Shown here in pieces: positions 19,454 to 29,541 of a stretch of DNA of 64,000 bases. The DNA lies in NCBI GenBank assembly GCA_945872355.1, contig CAMBZU010000002.1, forward strand, positions 16,455 through 80,454. Direction: 5' to 3'. Numbering within the stretch: the first letter of the stretch is position 1; each line of letters opens with the position of its first letter. The DNA is from Chitinophaga pinensis. Its GTDB lineage: Bacteria > Bacteroidota > Bacteroidia > UBA4408. The position numbers and the translations under genes are program-made. The notes below the pieces were generated by a model, which searched no databases, had not been told where the DNA came from, and saw only the letters and a list, made by a program, of their open reading frames with translations.

Positions 19454-20734
19454 TCAGATCAATTTCTCGATGCTTGTAACTTGATTAAACAAAAGTTCAT
19501 TTGAATCAAACTTTAGTAAATTTAATCCGGGCTTTTTACCCTTTTCGATACTGCCAATTTGCTTTTCAAAACCTAAGGCTTTAGCGCCATTAATGGTTGC
19601 CCATTGCAATATGGTATCAAAATTTATGTTGGCATGTTTTTCAATTTGCTGCATTTCACTTAAAATACATAATCCATAATTTGAAGCCAAGCTATCTGTT
19701 CCCAGGCAAACCAAATCTTTATACTGATTAAATAATTCGAAATTAGGAAGCCTTTGCTCAATATATAAATTAGCATTTGGGCATAAGCAAAAATAGGATG
19801 AAGGAATTACTTCTAATACACTTTGTATTTCCTGTGCACTTGTGAATGTATTATGCACCCAAAGCATTTTGGTATTTTTTTGGAGCATATTTGCGATGGC
19901 AATCATAGAACCATCGGGATTTTTTTTCCAGTGTTCGGTACTTATTTGAAAACTATGCAGCATTTCGATAAAGCCACCAGAGGCGTGTTGAAACATTTCC
20001 AATTCGGCAGCGCATTCTTGATTATGTATGCATATAGGCAGTTGCCTTTCATTGGGCAAATTACCAATAGAATGTACAAGTTCAAGTGATGTGCTATAAG
20101 GGGCGTGTGGGCTAATGCTTGAAGTAAAAAGCTGATTGTAATTTTCAGGAATTACTTGTTCGAATTGTTTTAATAAACTTTGTCCATGTAGCAAACTCTC
20201 ATTAGCTATTGATGGATTGAATGAAAATATTTCAATGAAATTATGGTAGTGTAATAAGCCTTTTTTTTTGGCTTTTAGTGAATTTGTGCCATTGCAAATA
20301 TCTCCCACAGCTACAATTCCATGCTCCAACATTTTTTGTTGCCAGTTTATAGTAGCCTCTTCAACTTGTTCAAGCGCTTGGTTTCTTATTGTTTGCAGAT
20401 GCTTTATAAAGCCAATTAAACCTGTATGTTCAGGCATTTTATTATAAAGATGCGAGAGTTCTAAATGACAATGTGCATTAACTAATCCTGGAATAATAAT
20501 TCCCTTGTTGTATTTTATTTGAGAAGGCTCAATGCTTAAGCCCTCCAGTTGAGTGTACACCTGAATAATTTCACCGCTATCATCAGTATGTACAATGCCA
20601 TTAGCAATAGGGCTTTGCAAAACAGGATAAACAAAATCGGCCTTAAAATAGGGCATATAGCAAAGAGTTGAAGTTTGTAAAAATAGATTTAATTTTTGGC
20701 TTACATACAAATTCACCTTAGAAATGCGAAACAT
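19454..20734 (-). CDS. Amidohydrolase-family metal-dependent hydrolase (MtaD/SsnA-like deaminase or chlorohydrolase type).
   Basis: 426 aa. The metal-binding motif [17 protein letters not shown] is present. The real start is likely the internal Met at about 20656 (MPYFKADF). Confidence 0.65.
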   Translation of the reverse strand: MFRISKVNLYVSQKLNLFLQTSTLCYMPYFKADFVYPVLQSPIANGIVHTDDSGEIIQVYTQLEGLSIEPSQIKYNKGIIIPGLVNAHCHLELSHLYNKMPEHTGLIGFIKHLQTIRNQALEQVEEATINWQQKMLEHGIVAVGDICNGTNSLKAKKKGLLHYHNFIEIFSFNPSIANESLLHGQSLLKQFEQVIPENYNQLFTSSISPHAPYSTSLELVHSIGNLPNERQLPICIHNQECAAELEMFQHASGGFIEMLHSFQISTEHWKKNPDGSMIAIANMLQKNTKMLWVHNTFTSAQEIQSVLEVIPSSYFCLCPNANLYIEQRLPNFELFNQYKDLVCLGTDSLASNYGLCILSEMQQIEKHANINFDTILQWATINGAKALGFEKQIGSIEKGKKPGLNLLKFDSNELLFNQVTSIEKLI

Positions 20735-21194
20735 TTAAAGCAAGTATAATTTAATTGCGCCTTTGAGAGCAAAGGATTGAAAAATTTACATGGCATAATT
20801 GCTCTCATAAAACCATTACAAAAGCAATTGATGCAAGCGCATTATTATTTGGATGAAATAAGCACAATTGCTTTGGTTGCATAGGCCCTGATTTTTTATT
20901 TAAGCGTTTTAAAAAAATAAAATGGATTTTTTTTTAAATTGATTCGTCCAATTTTTTTTCGCGAACTATTGGCTCTATACCCTTATTTATCAATTATTTA
21001 AACAGTATTTTATGGGATTGCATTATCCGTTTTAAACGCTTACAAACGGTAATATTCGTATAGAAATGTTTGCATACCGACTAAATTTTGGAAGCTGCCA
21101 CACCTTTGCACCGTCAAATCGAAACAACTGGTTTAACACAAATAAAAAACGAATTCAAATAAATAAATATATAAACAATTAAAAAACAAGTAAC

Positions 21195-21536
21195 ATGAAC
21201 AATTTAAGAAATTCAGTAAGACTCATCGGGAACCTAGGCATGAATCCTGAAGTAAAAGAAATTGGCAACAACAAAAAACTAGCCAAATTTAGTTTAGCAA
21301 CCTCGGCCATTTACAAAAATAAAGATGGTGAAAAAGTGAGCGATACACAATGGCACAATGTAATTGCGTGGGGAAATCAGGCGAAACTAGCAGAAAAGTA
21401 TTTAAAAAAGGGGCATGAAGTTTCAGTTGAAGGAAAACTTAATATCCGCAGCTACAATGACAAAGAGGGCATTAAAAGATATGTTACAGAAATTGTAGTG
21501 AGTGAAATATTAATGATTGGAAACAAAAAAAATTAA
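21195..21536 (+). CDS. ssb: Single-stranded DNA-binding protein, short tail-less form (copy 1 of 3 tandem).
   Basis: 113 aa OB fold. VRLIGNLGMNPEV...FSLATS...TQWHNVIAWGNQAKLAEKYLKKGHEVSVEGKL..R.Y.DKEG.KRYVTEIVV aligns with the E. coli SSB N-domain. The acidic C-terminal tail is absent. Confidence 0.85.
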   Translation: MNNLRNSVRLIGNLGMNPEVKEIGNNKKLAKFSLATSAIYKNKDGEKVSDTQWHNVIAWGNQAKLAEKYLKKGHEVSVEGKLNIRSYNDKEGIKRYVTEIVVSEILMIGNKKN

Positions 21537-21665
21537 TCAATATTAAATACAAACAAAAAATAAATTCTTAAAAATAATAATTAAAAAACACGACACATGA
21601 ACAATTTAAGAAACTCAGTTAGACTTATAGGAAACTTAGGGATGAACCCAGAAATTAAAGAAATA
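21447..21665 (+). repeat. 219-bp block (ssb1 3' end, intergenic region and ssb2 5' end) repeated with a 402-bp period at 21849-22067.
   Basis: Two mismatches in 219 bp, whereas the gene segments between the blocks differ by 15-35%. Confidence 0.85.
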
Positions 21666-21938
21666 GGCAAGGACAAAAAATTAGCGAAATTTAGTTTGGC
21701 TACCACAGAAGTTTACAAAAATGATGATGGCGAAAAAGTGAGCGATACGCAATGGCATAATTTAATTGCTTGGGGAAATCAGGCAAAAGTGGCAGAAAAG
21801 TATTTGAAAAAGGGCAACGAAATTGCAATTGAAGGAAAGCTTACAAGTCGCAGCTACAATGACAAAGAAGGCATTAAAAGATATGTTACAGAAATTGTAG
21901 TGAGTGAAATATTAATGATTGGAAACAAAAAAGATTAA
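21597..21938 (+). CDS. ssb: Single-stranded DNA-binding protein, tail-less (copy 2).
   Basis: 113 aa, about 85% nucleotide identity to copy 1. Its 3' 90 nt are near-identical to copy 1 and its 5' 69 nt are identical to copy 3. Confidence 0.85.
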   Translation: MNNLRNSVRLIGNLGMNPEIKEIGKDKKLAKFSLATTEVYKNDDGEKVSDTQWHNLIAWGNQAKVAEKYLKKGNEIAIEGKLTSRSYNDKEGIKRYVTEIVVSEILMIGNKKD

Positions 21939-21998
21939 TCAATATTAAATACAAACAAAAAATAAATTCTTAAAAATAATAATTAAAAAACACGACAC

Positions 21999-22340
21999 AT
22001 GAACAATTTAAGAAACTCAGTTAGACTTATAGGAAACTTAGGGATGAACCCAGAAATTAAAGAAGCAAGCAATAATAAGAAACTCGCAAAGTTTAGCATA
22101 GCTACTTCTGAATCATACAAAAATACAGACGGAGAACAAATAAAAGATACAACTTGGCACAATGTAGTTGCTTGGGGAAATCAGGCTCGCATTGTAGAAA
22201 TGTATTTAAAGAAAGGTAGTGAAGTGGCTATCGAAGGTAAGATTACGAATCGCAATTATACTGATAAAGAAGGTGTGAAAAGATACATTACTGAAATATT
22301 GGTTAGTGAAATTTTAATGGTTGGGAATGTAAAAAATTAA
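21999..22340 (+). CDS. ssb: Single-stranded DNA-binding protein, tail-less (copy 3, most divergent).
   Basis: 113 aa. The SSB OB-fold motifs are retained (TTWHNVVAWGNQA, EGKITNRNYTDKEGVKRYITEILV). Confidence 0.8.
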   Translation: MNNLRNSVRLIGNLGMNPEIKEASNNKKLAKFSIATSESYKNTDGEQIKDTTWHNVVAWGNQARIVEMYLKKGSEVAIEGKITNRNYTDKEGVKRYITEILVSEILMVGNVKN

Positions 22341-22360
22341 GTGCTCATTTTTAAACCCTT

Positions 22361-22431
22361 ATTACGCATTAGCAATATAGATCAACGATGTTTTTACAGC
22401 AATATCAATTGCTAATGCGTAATATTTTTTA
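22361..22431 (+). terminator. Long-stem hairpin terminator after the ssb triad, related to MITE-D.
   Basis: A 16-bp perfect stem attacgcattagcaat/attgctaatgcgtaat with a 31-nt loop is followed by TTTTTT. The stem contains the acgcattag motif of MITE-D. Confidence 0.7.
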
Positions 22432-22608
22432 AACGAAATATACTGAACCTAATTCCTGATTAGCAATTGGTGTTAAAAAAAATTAGCTATATCAATGGTT
22501 GAGTCCAATTTTGTTAGAGCATCAAACAATTTAGCGTTGGCACTTTTATAATAAAAAAATGCCTCGTAAGCTCAGAAAGCCGGTTCAAATCGTCAGCTGA
22601 AAAAAAAT

Positions 22609-24702
22609 TTATTTCAAAATAAACTTCTTAGAAAGCTGCAAGTTGTTTATGGTTAATTGCACAAAATAAATGCCTGAAGCGCGCAATACCTCTTTATTTA
22701 AAATAAGATTATGATTGCCTTCATTTAAACTACCTAGGTTTGAAGTATAAACTTCTTTGCCCAACACATCAATTACTTTTACACTAACATTTGCTTTGGA
22801 TTCAGTAGTAAAGTAAACACGGGCATCGTTATCAGAAGGGTTAGGGAAAATTCGGAAATTGTTTTTTAAACTTTCTAACTCCGTAAGTGCAGTAGTGTGA
22901 TCCATATTAATATCATCAATGTAGATGTTATTCCCTTCACCTGCCACAAATCTGAATTTAAATTGTATATTAGAGTAATTTGCAAATAAGCTTAAATTAA
23001 TATTGTCTTGACGCCATTGGCTTTGACTAGTAGGTGTAAAAGCTGAATTTTGTGCAGTTGTAGTTGATAAGGTTGATTCAGTGTAGGCTCTTCTTACACC
23101 CCAAGTTTTACCACAATCAACAGAGGAAAGTATTTGCATAGCATTTGCCTGGTAGTCAACACCCGCTGTTCCGGTTAGTGAAGCATAGGCAATCCTATAG
23201 TACAAGCGAGGGTTTACAAACTGTGTAAGATCCATTGAAGGTGTTATAAATTCATCAATACTGCCAGGCGTATTATTTGACACATTGGTCAATTTCATTG
23301 ATTTACTTCCTGTGTATCCGGCAGCGCTTGTAATTGCCCAAGTATTTCCTCCATCCAGATTATTAATAGACCAGTTGCTTGCAGCATTTACGGTTAAAGA
23401 TTCGAAACTTTCAGTAAAGTCAGGAACTGTTATGTCAGCAGCAGCGGGAGAAACAATAACGTAGGCATTTTTTGTAACAGTGTTTGTTCCATTTGCATTT
23501 GCTACAGTAAGTGTAACAGCGTATGTACCAGCTGTTGGGTATTGTATGGTTGGGTTTTGAGTGGTTGCGGTTGCGGGAGTGCCACCTGGAAAGGTCCATG
23601 TCCAGCTTGTGGCAGCAGCTAAATTTGTATCATCGAAAAAATTGACGATGCCGTTTGCACATACTTGAGGAGATTCAGCATAGAAATCAGCTACAGGAGC
23701 GCAAGTAGTATTTGTATTAACGCCAGTAGCAGTAAGATTAGTGCTTGCCCACAAACTACTTCTTGAGGCAGTAGTGGATGTTAAAGCCGCTAAAAGTCTG
23801 GTTTTTTGCCCATTGGTAAACATGTTTGAACAATAAGAATACTCCATGTAATTTTGCACATTGTCAACGGCTGAACCACAGCTTGCGCCAGTTAAGTTGC
23901 AAGAAGTCCAACCAATGGTGGATGGGGTATCACTGACATTGTCTGTAAGGCTACAATTACTTGTAACACCAGGTGTATTGCTGTTTCCCCAAAGGTGAGC
24001 AAGGTTTAACCAATGTCCTACTTCATGCGTTAATGCTCTGCTACGGCCTGCCGATCCAGTGCCAATACTACCAACATAAGTTGACAAAATCATAACGCCA
24101 TCAACTTGTGCACCGCCATTTCCTTGCACACTACTTGGGTACATTGAGTAACCAGCAGCTCCGCTTGAAATACTTTTCACTACCCAAACATTTAGGTATT
24201 TATTTCTTGGCCAAAGATTAAGTTTAGCTGCATCATCACCTATATTTGTAAGTGGGCTATAAATTCTATCAATCCCATTTGTGCAATTGCCATTTGGGTC
24301 TAACCTTGCTAATTTAAAAACAACACCGCAATTGGCTGCAATGCCTTGAAAAGCACTTACAATATTTGCAGTATCAGCATTTTGTTTGTTATAGTCTCTG
24401 GTTAAAATATTTACTGCATCTTGAACTTGCTCATCTGAAATATTTTCTGTTCCATAAGTGTGTAAGATATGAAACACAACAGGAATGGTATATATAACTG
24501 CGCTTGAGCTTTTGCGTTGCTCAAATGCAATGGTTTCGGCCTCTAGTTGTTCCTTCGCTTTTCTTACTTCTTCAGGATACAATATTTCCATTTTTTTGTT
24601 TGCATCAAAGGTGCTGCATGGATTATTAACTTGCGCATTAACCGATGTAAAAGCAAATGTTGCAATTAATGCAGCTAGCATAGAATTTGTAATAATTTTC
24701 AT
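22609..24702 (-). CDS. Secreted zinc metalloprotease (metzincin, M43/pappalysin-like) with a PKD-like domain and a T9SS C-terminal sorting domain.
   Basis: 697 aa. Signal peptide present. The motif HEVGHWLNLAH has the HExxHxxxxxH form. The C-terminus FRIFPNPSDNDARVYF...GIYFVQLTINNLQLSKKFILK is a T9SS CTD. Confidence 0.75.
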   Translation of the reverse strand: MKIITNSMLAALIATFAFTSVNAQVNNPCSTFDANKKMEILYPEEVRKAKEQLEAETIAFEQRKSSSAVIYTIPVVFHILHTYGTENISDEQVQDAVNILTRDYNKQNADTANIVSAFQGIAANCGVVFKLARLDPNGNCTNGIDRIYSPLTNIGDDAAKLNLWPRNKYLNVWVVKSISSGAAGYSMYPSSVQGNGGAQVDGVMILSTYVGSIGTGSAGRSRALTHEVGHWLNLAHLWGNSNTPGVTSNCSLTDNVSDTPSTIGWTSCNLTGASCGSAVDNVQNYMEYSYCSNMFTNGQKTRLLAALTSTTASRSSLWASTNLTATGVNTNTTCAPVADFYAESPQVCANGIVNFFDDTNLAAATSWTWTFPGGTPATATTQNPTIQYPTAGTYAVTLTVANANGTNTVTKNAYVIVSPAAADITVPDFTESFESLTVNAASNWSINNLDGGNTWAITSAAGYTGSKSMKLTNVSNNTPGSIDEFITPSMDLTQFVNPRLYYRIAYASLTGTAGVDYQANAMQILSSVDCGKTWGVRRAYTESTLSTTTAQNSAFTPTSQSQWRQDNINLSLFANYSNIQFKFRFVAGEGNNIYIDDINMDHTTALTELESLKNNFRIFPNPSDNDARVYFTTESKANVSVKVIDVLGKEVYTSNLGSLNEGNHNLILNKEVLRASGIYFVQLTINNLQLSKKFILK

Positions 24703-24801
24703 TCGAAATAATATGGATTAAATTTATTTTCAGCGATAAATATATTGTATATCAAATAATTGAAAAAATATTTTTACCTCTTTTTCGTTTTCATTTAGTA
24801 A

Positions 24802-25944
24802 TTAAGCGTTTAAAGCTTGTTTTAAGTCCTCTAACAAATCATCAATATCTTCTACACCAACACTTAAACGAAGTAAATTGTCAACCACACCAGCAGCTTC
24901 TCTTTCTGCTTTTGGTATTGATGCGTGTGTCATGGTTGCTGGATGATTGATTAAAGATTCAACACCACCAAGTGATTCAGCCAATGAAAACACATGGAAA
25001 GCAGAAGCAATTTTAAATGTTTTTTCCAAATCTGCATTTTTCAAAACAATAGAAATCATCCCTCCAAAATCTTTCATTTGTGCTTTGGCAATAGCATGGT
25101 TTGGATGCGATTCAAAGCCGGGCCAATATACCTTTTCAATGGCTGGATGAGCTGCTAAAAAATGCGCAATGGCCTTCCCGTTTTGGCAATGCCTTTCCAT
25201 ACGTAAATGCAATGTTTTGATGCCTCGCAAAGCCAAAAAACTATCCATTGGCCCTGGGGTTGCACCACAAGAATTGTGAATGAAGGCTAACTGTTCGTGA
25301 ATTTTATCATCATTCATACAAAGCGCTCCCATAATAATATCGCTATGACCGCCAATGTATTTTGTAACAGAGTGCATGACTATTTGTGCGCCTAAATCTA
25401 ATGGATTTTGCAAGTAAGGCGAAGCAAAGGTGTTATCTACAGCAAGTATTAAATTATTTTCTTGCGCAATTTCAGCACATGCTACAATATCAACAATTTG
25501 CATTGTTGGATTGGTAGGTGTTTCAACCCAAATTATTTTGGTGTTTTTATTGATATAGTTTTTAATGTTTTGTGCATCATTTAAATCTATAAAGTGAAAC
25601 TTAATTTGCATGCGTTCAAACACCTTGGTAAACATTCTGTAACTCCCGCCATAGAGGTCATTACCAGTAATCACCTCATCGCCTGGGTTTAACAATTTAA
25701 TAACTGCATCAATAGCGCCCATGCCACTGCTAAAGCACAGTGCATGTTTTGCATTTTCTAATGAAGCTAAACATTTTTCTAAGGCTGTGCGGGTAGGATT
25801 TTTACCTCTTGCATAAGCATATCCTTGGTGCTTACCAGGGCTTGCTTGCACAAATGTTGATGTTTGATAAATGGGAGTCATAATGGCTCCAGTGCTTGGG
25901 TCAGGCTCTTGTCCTGCGTGTATTGCTTTTGTAGCGAATTTCAT
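24802..25944 (-). CDS. PLP-dependent trans-sulfuration enzyme (cystathionine gamma-synthase, beta-lyase or methionine gamma-lyase family).
   Basis: 380 aa. Family blocks include MKFATKAIHAGQEPDPSTGAIMTPIYQTSTF and the PLP-Lys region SVTKYIGGHSD. Confidence 0.75.
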   Translation of the reverse strand: MKFATKAIHAGQEPDPSTGAIMTPIYQTSTFVQASPGKHQGYAYARGKNPTRTALEKCLASLENAKHALCFSSGMGAIDAVIKLLNPGDEVITGNDLYGGSYRMFTKVFERMQIKFHFIDLNDAQNIKNYINKNTKIIWVETPTNPTMQIVDIVACAEIAQENNLILAVDNTFASPYLQNPLDLGAQIVMHSVTKYIGGHSDIIMGALCMNDDKIHEQLAFIHNSCGATPGPMDSFLALRGIKTLHLRMERHCQNGKAIAHFLAAHPAIEKVYWPGFESHPNHAIAKAQMKDFGGMISIVLKNADLEKTFKIASAFHVFSLAESLGGVESLINHPATMTHASIPKAEREAAGVVDNLLRLSVGVEDIDDLLEDLKQALNA

Positions 25945-26040
25945 TGTATTTAATTTTGGAAGGGCAAATTTATTAAATTATGCGAGATTAGAAGCTTGTA
26001 TATAAATTGAAGGAAACTAAGGTATGGTAAATTGCCTGTT

Positions 26041-26083
26041 GAATTGTGAATTATGAATTGTTGAATTGTGAATTGTGAATTGG
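26041..26083. repeat. Imperfect heptanucleotide tandem repeat (GAATTGT-like, 6 units) in the upstream region of the 24802..25944 gene.
   Basis: Units read gaattgt gaattat gaattgtt gaattgt gaattgt gaattgg. Confidence 0.7.
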
Positions 26084-26093
26084 ATGATAGCAT

Positions 26094-27083
26094 TTAGGGA
26101 TTGAGCGGCACTATTTCAATTTCTTGGAACTTGTTGAGCATTAAATTTAATTTCCCATCATTTTCATTTTTATAGATGATATTGAATTTAGCACCCCAAA
26201 CTATTTCAGCTGCAGTGTAAGAAAATCTTTTATAAACATGTTGCGAAAAGTTATCGTCAAAAGCCTTTATTAATATAATTATTTCAGCGTTGCTATCAAT
26301 TAACTCTTGTTGAGTAAGTTCGTAAATTGGGCTGTTTTCATCAATAGGATGTACGATGGTCCAAGGCAAAGGAAAAAAGTTTACCCTTTTGGTTTCCAGC
26401 GGAAGTTCGAGGAATAACCCTTTTCTTTTTCCATCAAGCATTTTATTCATTGACAAAAGCACTTGCACTTCTACTTCAATCAACTGATTTTTTCTTTGAT
26501 TTACAATTCTAAATTCTAATGCATTGATATCTTGATAAGGTGCAATAATTGCGTTTTCAGAAAAAATAATTTTGGCCGTTGGCCGAGAAAACTTCCCAAA
26601 TAAAATACCCGTAATAATAGCAAATCCCATGAGGCCAATCATAGATTCAAAAGACGCTATCATGCTTGCAGTAAAACCTTCAGGACTTATTCTGCCGTAG
26701 CCCACTGTGGTTAGTGTTTGAGCGCTAAAAAAGAAAGCCTCCCAAAACTTTTCAGTAGTTGTATTACCAATAATTCCTACTAAATGATTGACCCCAACAA
26801 TAACATAAAGGCAAGCAAAAATGCAATTCACTAAAGCGTAAAAAGCAAATGTTAGCATGGTAAATTTTAACCAACTCATTTCAATTAAGCTGTGATAAAT
26901 GTGCAAGTTTTGTAGCGGTGAAAGCCCTGTTCTTTTCACATTAAAAGAGCCGTCTTTGTTTACAAAGCGTGCACTGTTACCTTTGGCGCTATTGCCAAAG
27001 CCAAGTTCTTTGCTTTTAGCATCTGCATCCTGCGTTGATGCAGAATGATTGTGCCCTGAAATATTTATTTTATGCTTGCTCAT
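26094..27083 (-). CDS. Inward-rectifier-type potassium channel (KirBac-like).
   Basis: 329 aa. Two TM helices flank the pore with selectivity filter TLTTVGYGRISP. A C-terminal cytoplasmic Ig-like domain follows. Confidence 0.75.
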   Translation of the reverse strand: MSKHKINISGHNHSASTQDADAKSKELGFGNSAKGNSARFVNKDGSFNVKRTGLSPLQNLHIYHSLIEMSWLKFTMLTFAFYALVNCIFACLYVIVGVNHLVGIIGNTTTEKFWEAFFFSAQTLTTVGYGRISPEGFTASMIASFESMIGLMGFAIITGILFGKFSRPTAKIIFSENAIIAPYQDINALEFRIVNQRKNQLIEVEVQVLLSMNKMLDGKRKGLFLELPLETKRVNFFPLPWTIVHPIDENSPIYELTQQELIDSNAEIIILIKAFDDNFSQHVYKRFSYTAAEIVWGAKFNIIYKNENDGKLNLMLNKFQEIEIVPLNP

Positions 27084-27186
27084 TGGGTGGCTAAACTAAA
27101 CATAATTCCTTTTATTGAAAATACAGTTTTAAAATGATGTTGGATTGCTTGGGCCATGACTTGTTGTGTGGTACGATTTAAAAAAA

Positions 27187-29541
27187 CTACCTGTTCCTCA
27201 ATGACCATTTATCTCTAATACAAATGGTATCTTTAGTAATGTAACTACAAAAATAGCCGCATTCGTTAAGTACCTCTTTGTAATATTTGGTGCCTGCATA
27301 CTTGCTTTTCATTTCAAGAAAATAGGTTCCCGCCTCAAAATCGGCAGGGCTTTGTGTTTGCCATGGAACAATGCCCAACAACTTTAAATTATGCTCACAT
27401 TTTGCGGCTGCCCATGCGCATTGCGCAGCCAACTCTTTATTTGTGGTAATGCTTTTTGCTTGTTCATAATACTTAAGTGCTTCGCTGCAATTGTAATAGT
27501 TATCTTCATTCCTTTTGCTTTCTTCTTCGTTATCCATGTAGTCATCTTCCATCCAAGAAATTGGTGTGCTCGCAATAAATCGGCCATTGCCAAAATAAGT
27601 CATATTGTACAAGGCATTGGCATAAATAAACATATTTTGCGCAGCAGCTTCCATGTTTTTGGCAACTTCAAAACTTTGTTTTAATGCTAACATTTGTTTT
27701 GTAAAAGTGCTTCTTGTGTATTTGATTTCTTGTGGTGCTATAAAATCGCAATCGTGGCAATCAACAGTTCGCATAGTAAATGGATCGGCAGGAATGGTAT
27801 CTTCAATTTTTACCTTTTCAAATACGCTTAATGCTTCTTTAAAATTATATTCATAAAGTAATCTTGTTCCTTTAATTTGGCAAACTGCATCAAAGTTCAA
27901 ATGATATTGCATAAGCAAATAACTTTCAAAAGGATTGTGTTGTTTTTGTTCCATAAAATCAATCATTGCATTGGCATCATCACTACTTTTATAATAGCTT
28001 ACATTTGATGCATAACACAATTCGGCTTTTATATAATTATGCTGCGCTGTGTATTTCTGACCTAAAATATACATGATATAATGAATGGCATTTTTTGCTC
28101 TTGAGGCTGCAGGTTTTTTTTCAGAAATCCTTTTCAATTGATTTGCGATTTCAATTTCATCATCATTATTAATTTCTTTTAACTGCATTACAAATAAAAA
28201 TGCTTTAATAATTTCTGCTTGATTAATTATTATTTCATTGCTGCTTAATTTGAGCGCTTCATTACAAAGTTTATTTGCTTCAATATATTGTTTATTGAGC
28301 GCGTGTAAATAGGCCGCACTTATTAAATATGGTGTAATTGTAGGCACTTTTGTTTCATTAATTATATGATGTAATACTTGTAGCACTTGTTGTTTACTGC
28401 TATAATCGAAAGTGCGGTTTTGCGCAAAAAAATTGCTGTCGATATAAGGTGCTCTTTTATAGCTATAATAATTTGAAGACTCATCATTGGCATAAATACT
28501 TCCAGAAAATTGCAAATCAACAGTTTCAATAATGTTTACATTACGCACCATTAACAGTGGAATAAGCTCACTTTTAGGATTTAGCTCATACATATAATGC
28601 ATGGCTTTTAGTGGGTTACTATAAATGCCATAAAGCAGCCATAAATTTTCTTTTTGTCGAATTGTTTTTGCTAAGTCAATATTGTGCGTCCAAGCGCTAT
28701 CTTCAAGCATGTGAAAACTACGGTAAGCGCTCAATTGCAGTGGCTCATATTCATCATACAATTGTGCATATAAAAGATTGCTTTCTTTATACATTTTTTG
28801 GTGATAAAGCGAAGCTGCCATATATCCTAAACAGCGATAGTAAATACTTCCATTTTTAGCATTCAAGGAAGGCATAAGTTTTATTACGTTAACTGCTTTT
28901 TGATATTGATTACTAAAGAAATAGGCGCGCATTAATTGAAAGCCGTAACGATGTTTTAAAAACAAATTTTTACTTCTAATAAAGCCTTTTAAAAATTCCT
29001 TTTGAAATGCTGCTGCACTTAAACTGTCTTTAATTACTGGTTCATACCAATCATAAGCGTTTGAAGTAAACACAGGTTCGGCATTTTTAGCTAAGGTGAG
29101 GTAAGTGATAATTTCTAACAATTCATCTTTTAACCTTAAGTTAATTAATGATTTTTGTTGCAAGGTGTCGGGTAGTTTTGCTTTTTCCCATAACGAAATA
29201 TGTATTGCTTTTAACTGCGCTGGCGTGCTTGCATAAATAAACCATGATAAATCTTCTTTGGTTATTTTTTGGTTAAAAAAATCATACCATTCATTAATAT
29301 TAAAATCATCAGAAGATGCTGCAATGTAAACGGGATCAGAAAAATACAGTTGCTCATAAGTAAAAAAGTAAGGACTGTATTTTGGTTGTTGAATTATTTC
29401 GGGTGCAAATGCTGAATAATCAACAATGTCATTTTCATCATAGCCACCGCAAGCAATTAGCAACTGGTTAGAAAAGAAAAACAATAAAACACTAGTTAAA
29501 AGTAGTATATATACTTTCAATATCTTGTTCAGTAAAATCAT
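27187..29541 (-). CDS. Large uncharacterised lipoprotein (784 aa, possibly TPR-like and alpha-helical).
   Basis: Lipobox LLIACGG after an N-terminal hydrophobic segment. No motif recognised. A 50-nt overlap with the upstream ORF suggests translational coupling. Confidence 0.5.
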   Translation of the reverse strand: MILLNKILKVYILLLTSVLLFFFSNQLLIACGGYDENDIVDYSAFAPEIIQQPKYSPYFFTYEQLYFSDPVYIAASSDDFNINEWYDFFNQKITKEDLSWFIYASTPAQLKAIHISLWEKAKLPDTLQQKSLINLRLKDELLEIITYLTLAKNAEPVFTSNAYDWYEPVIKDSLSAAAFQKEFLKGFIRSKNLFLKHRYGFQLMRAYFFSNQYQKAVNVIKLMPSLNAKNGSIYYRCLGYMAASLYHQKMYKESNLLYAQLYDEYEPLQLSAYRSFHMLEDSAWTHNIDLAKTIRQKENLWLLYGIYSNPLKAMHYMYELNPKSELIPLLMVRNVNIIETVDLQFSGSIYANDESSNYYSYKRAPYIDSNFFAQNRTFDYSSKQQVLQVLHHIINETKVPTITPYLISAAYLHALNKQYIEANKLCNEALKLSSNEIIINQAEIIKAFLFVMQLKEINNDDEIEIANQLKRISEKKPAASRAKNAIHYIMYILGQKYTAQHNYIKAELCYASNVSYYKSSDDANAMIDFMEQKQHNPFESYLLMQYHLNFDAVCQIKGTRLLYEYNFKEALSVFEKVKIEDTIPADPFTMRTVDCHDCDFIAPQEIKYTRSTFTKQMLALKQSFEVAKNMEAAAQNMFIYANALYNMTYFGNGRFIASTPISWMEDDYMDNEEESKRNEDNYYNCSEALKYYEQAKSITTNKELAAQCAWAAAKCEHNLKLLGIVPWQTQSPADFEAGTYFLEMKSKYAGTKYYKEVLNECGYFCSYITKDTICIRDKWSLRNR

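Noticed and set aside
20735-21194. The 460-bp AT-tract-rich gap upstream of the ssb triad, considered as a possible replication origin.
   Set aside because: No DnaA-box (TTATCCACA-like) clusters were found, so it is more likely a divergent promoter region.
22561-22600. tRNA-like T-arm resemblance (agccggttcaaatcg).
   Set aside because: No acceptor stem or other tRNA arms can be drawn, so it is probably a chance match in the 3' UTR of the protease gene.
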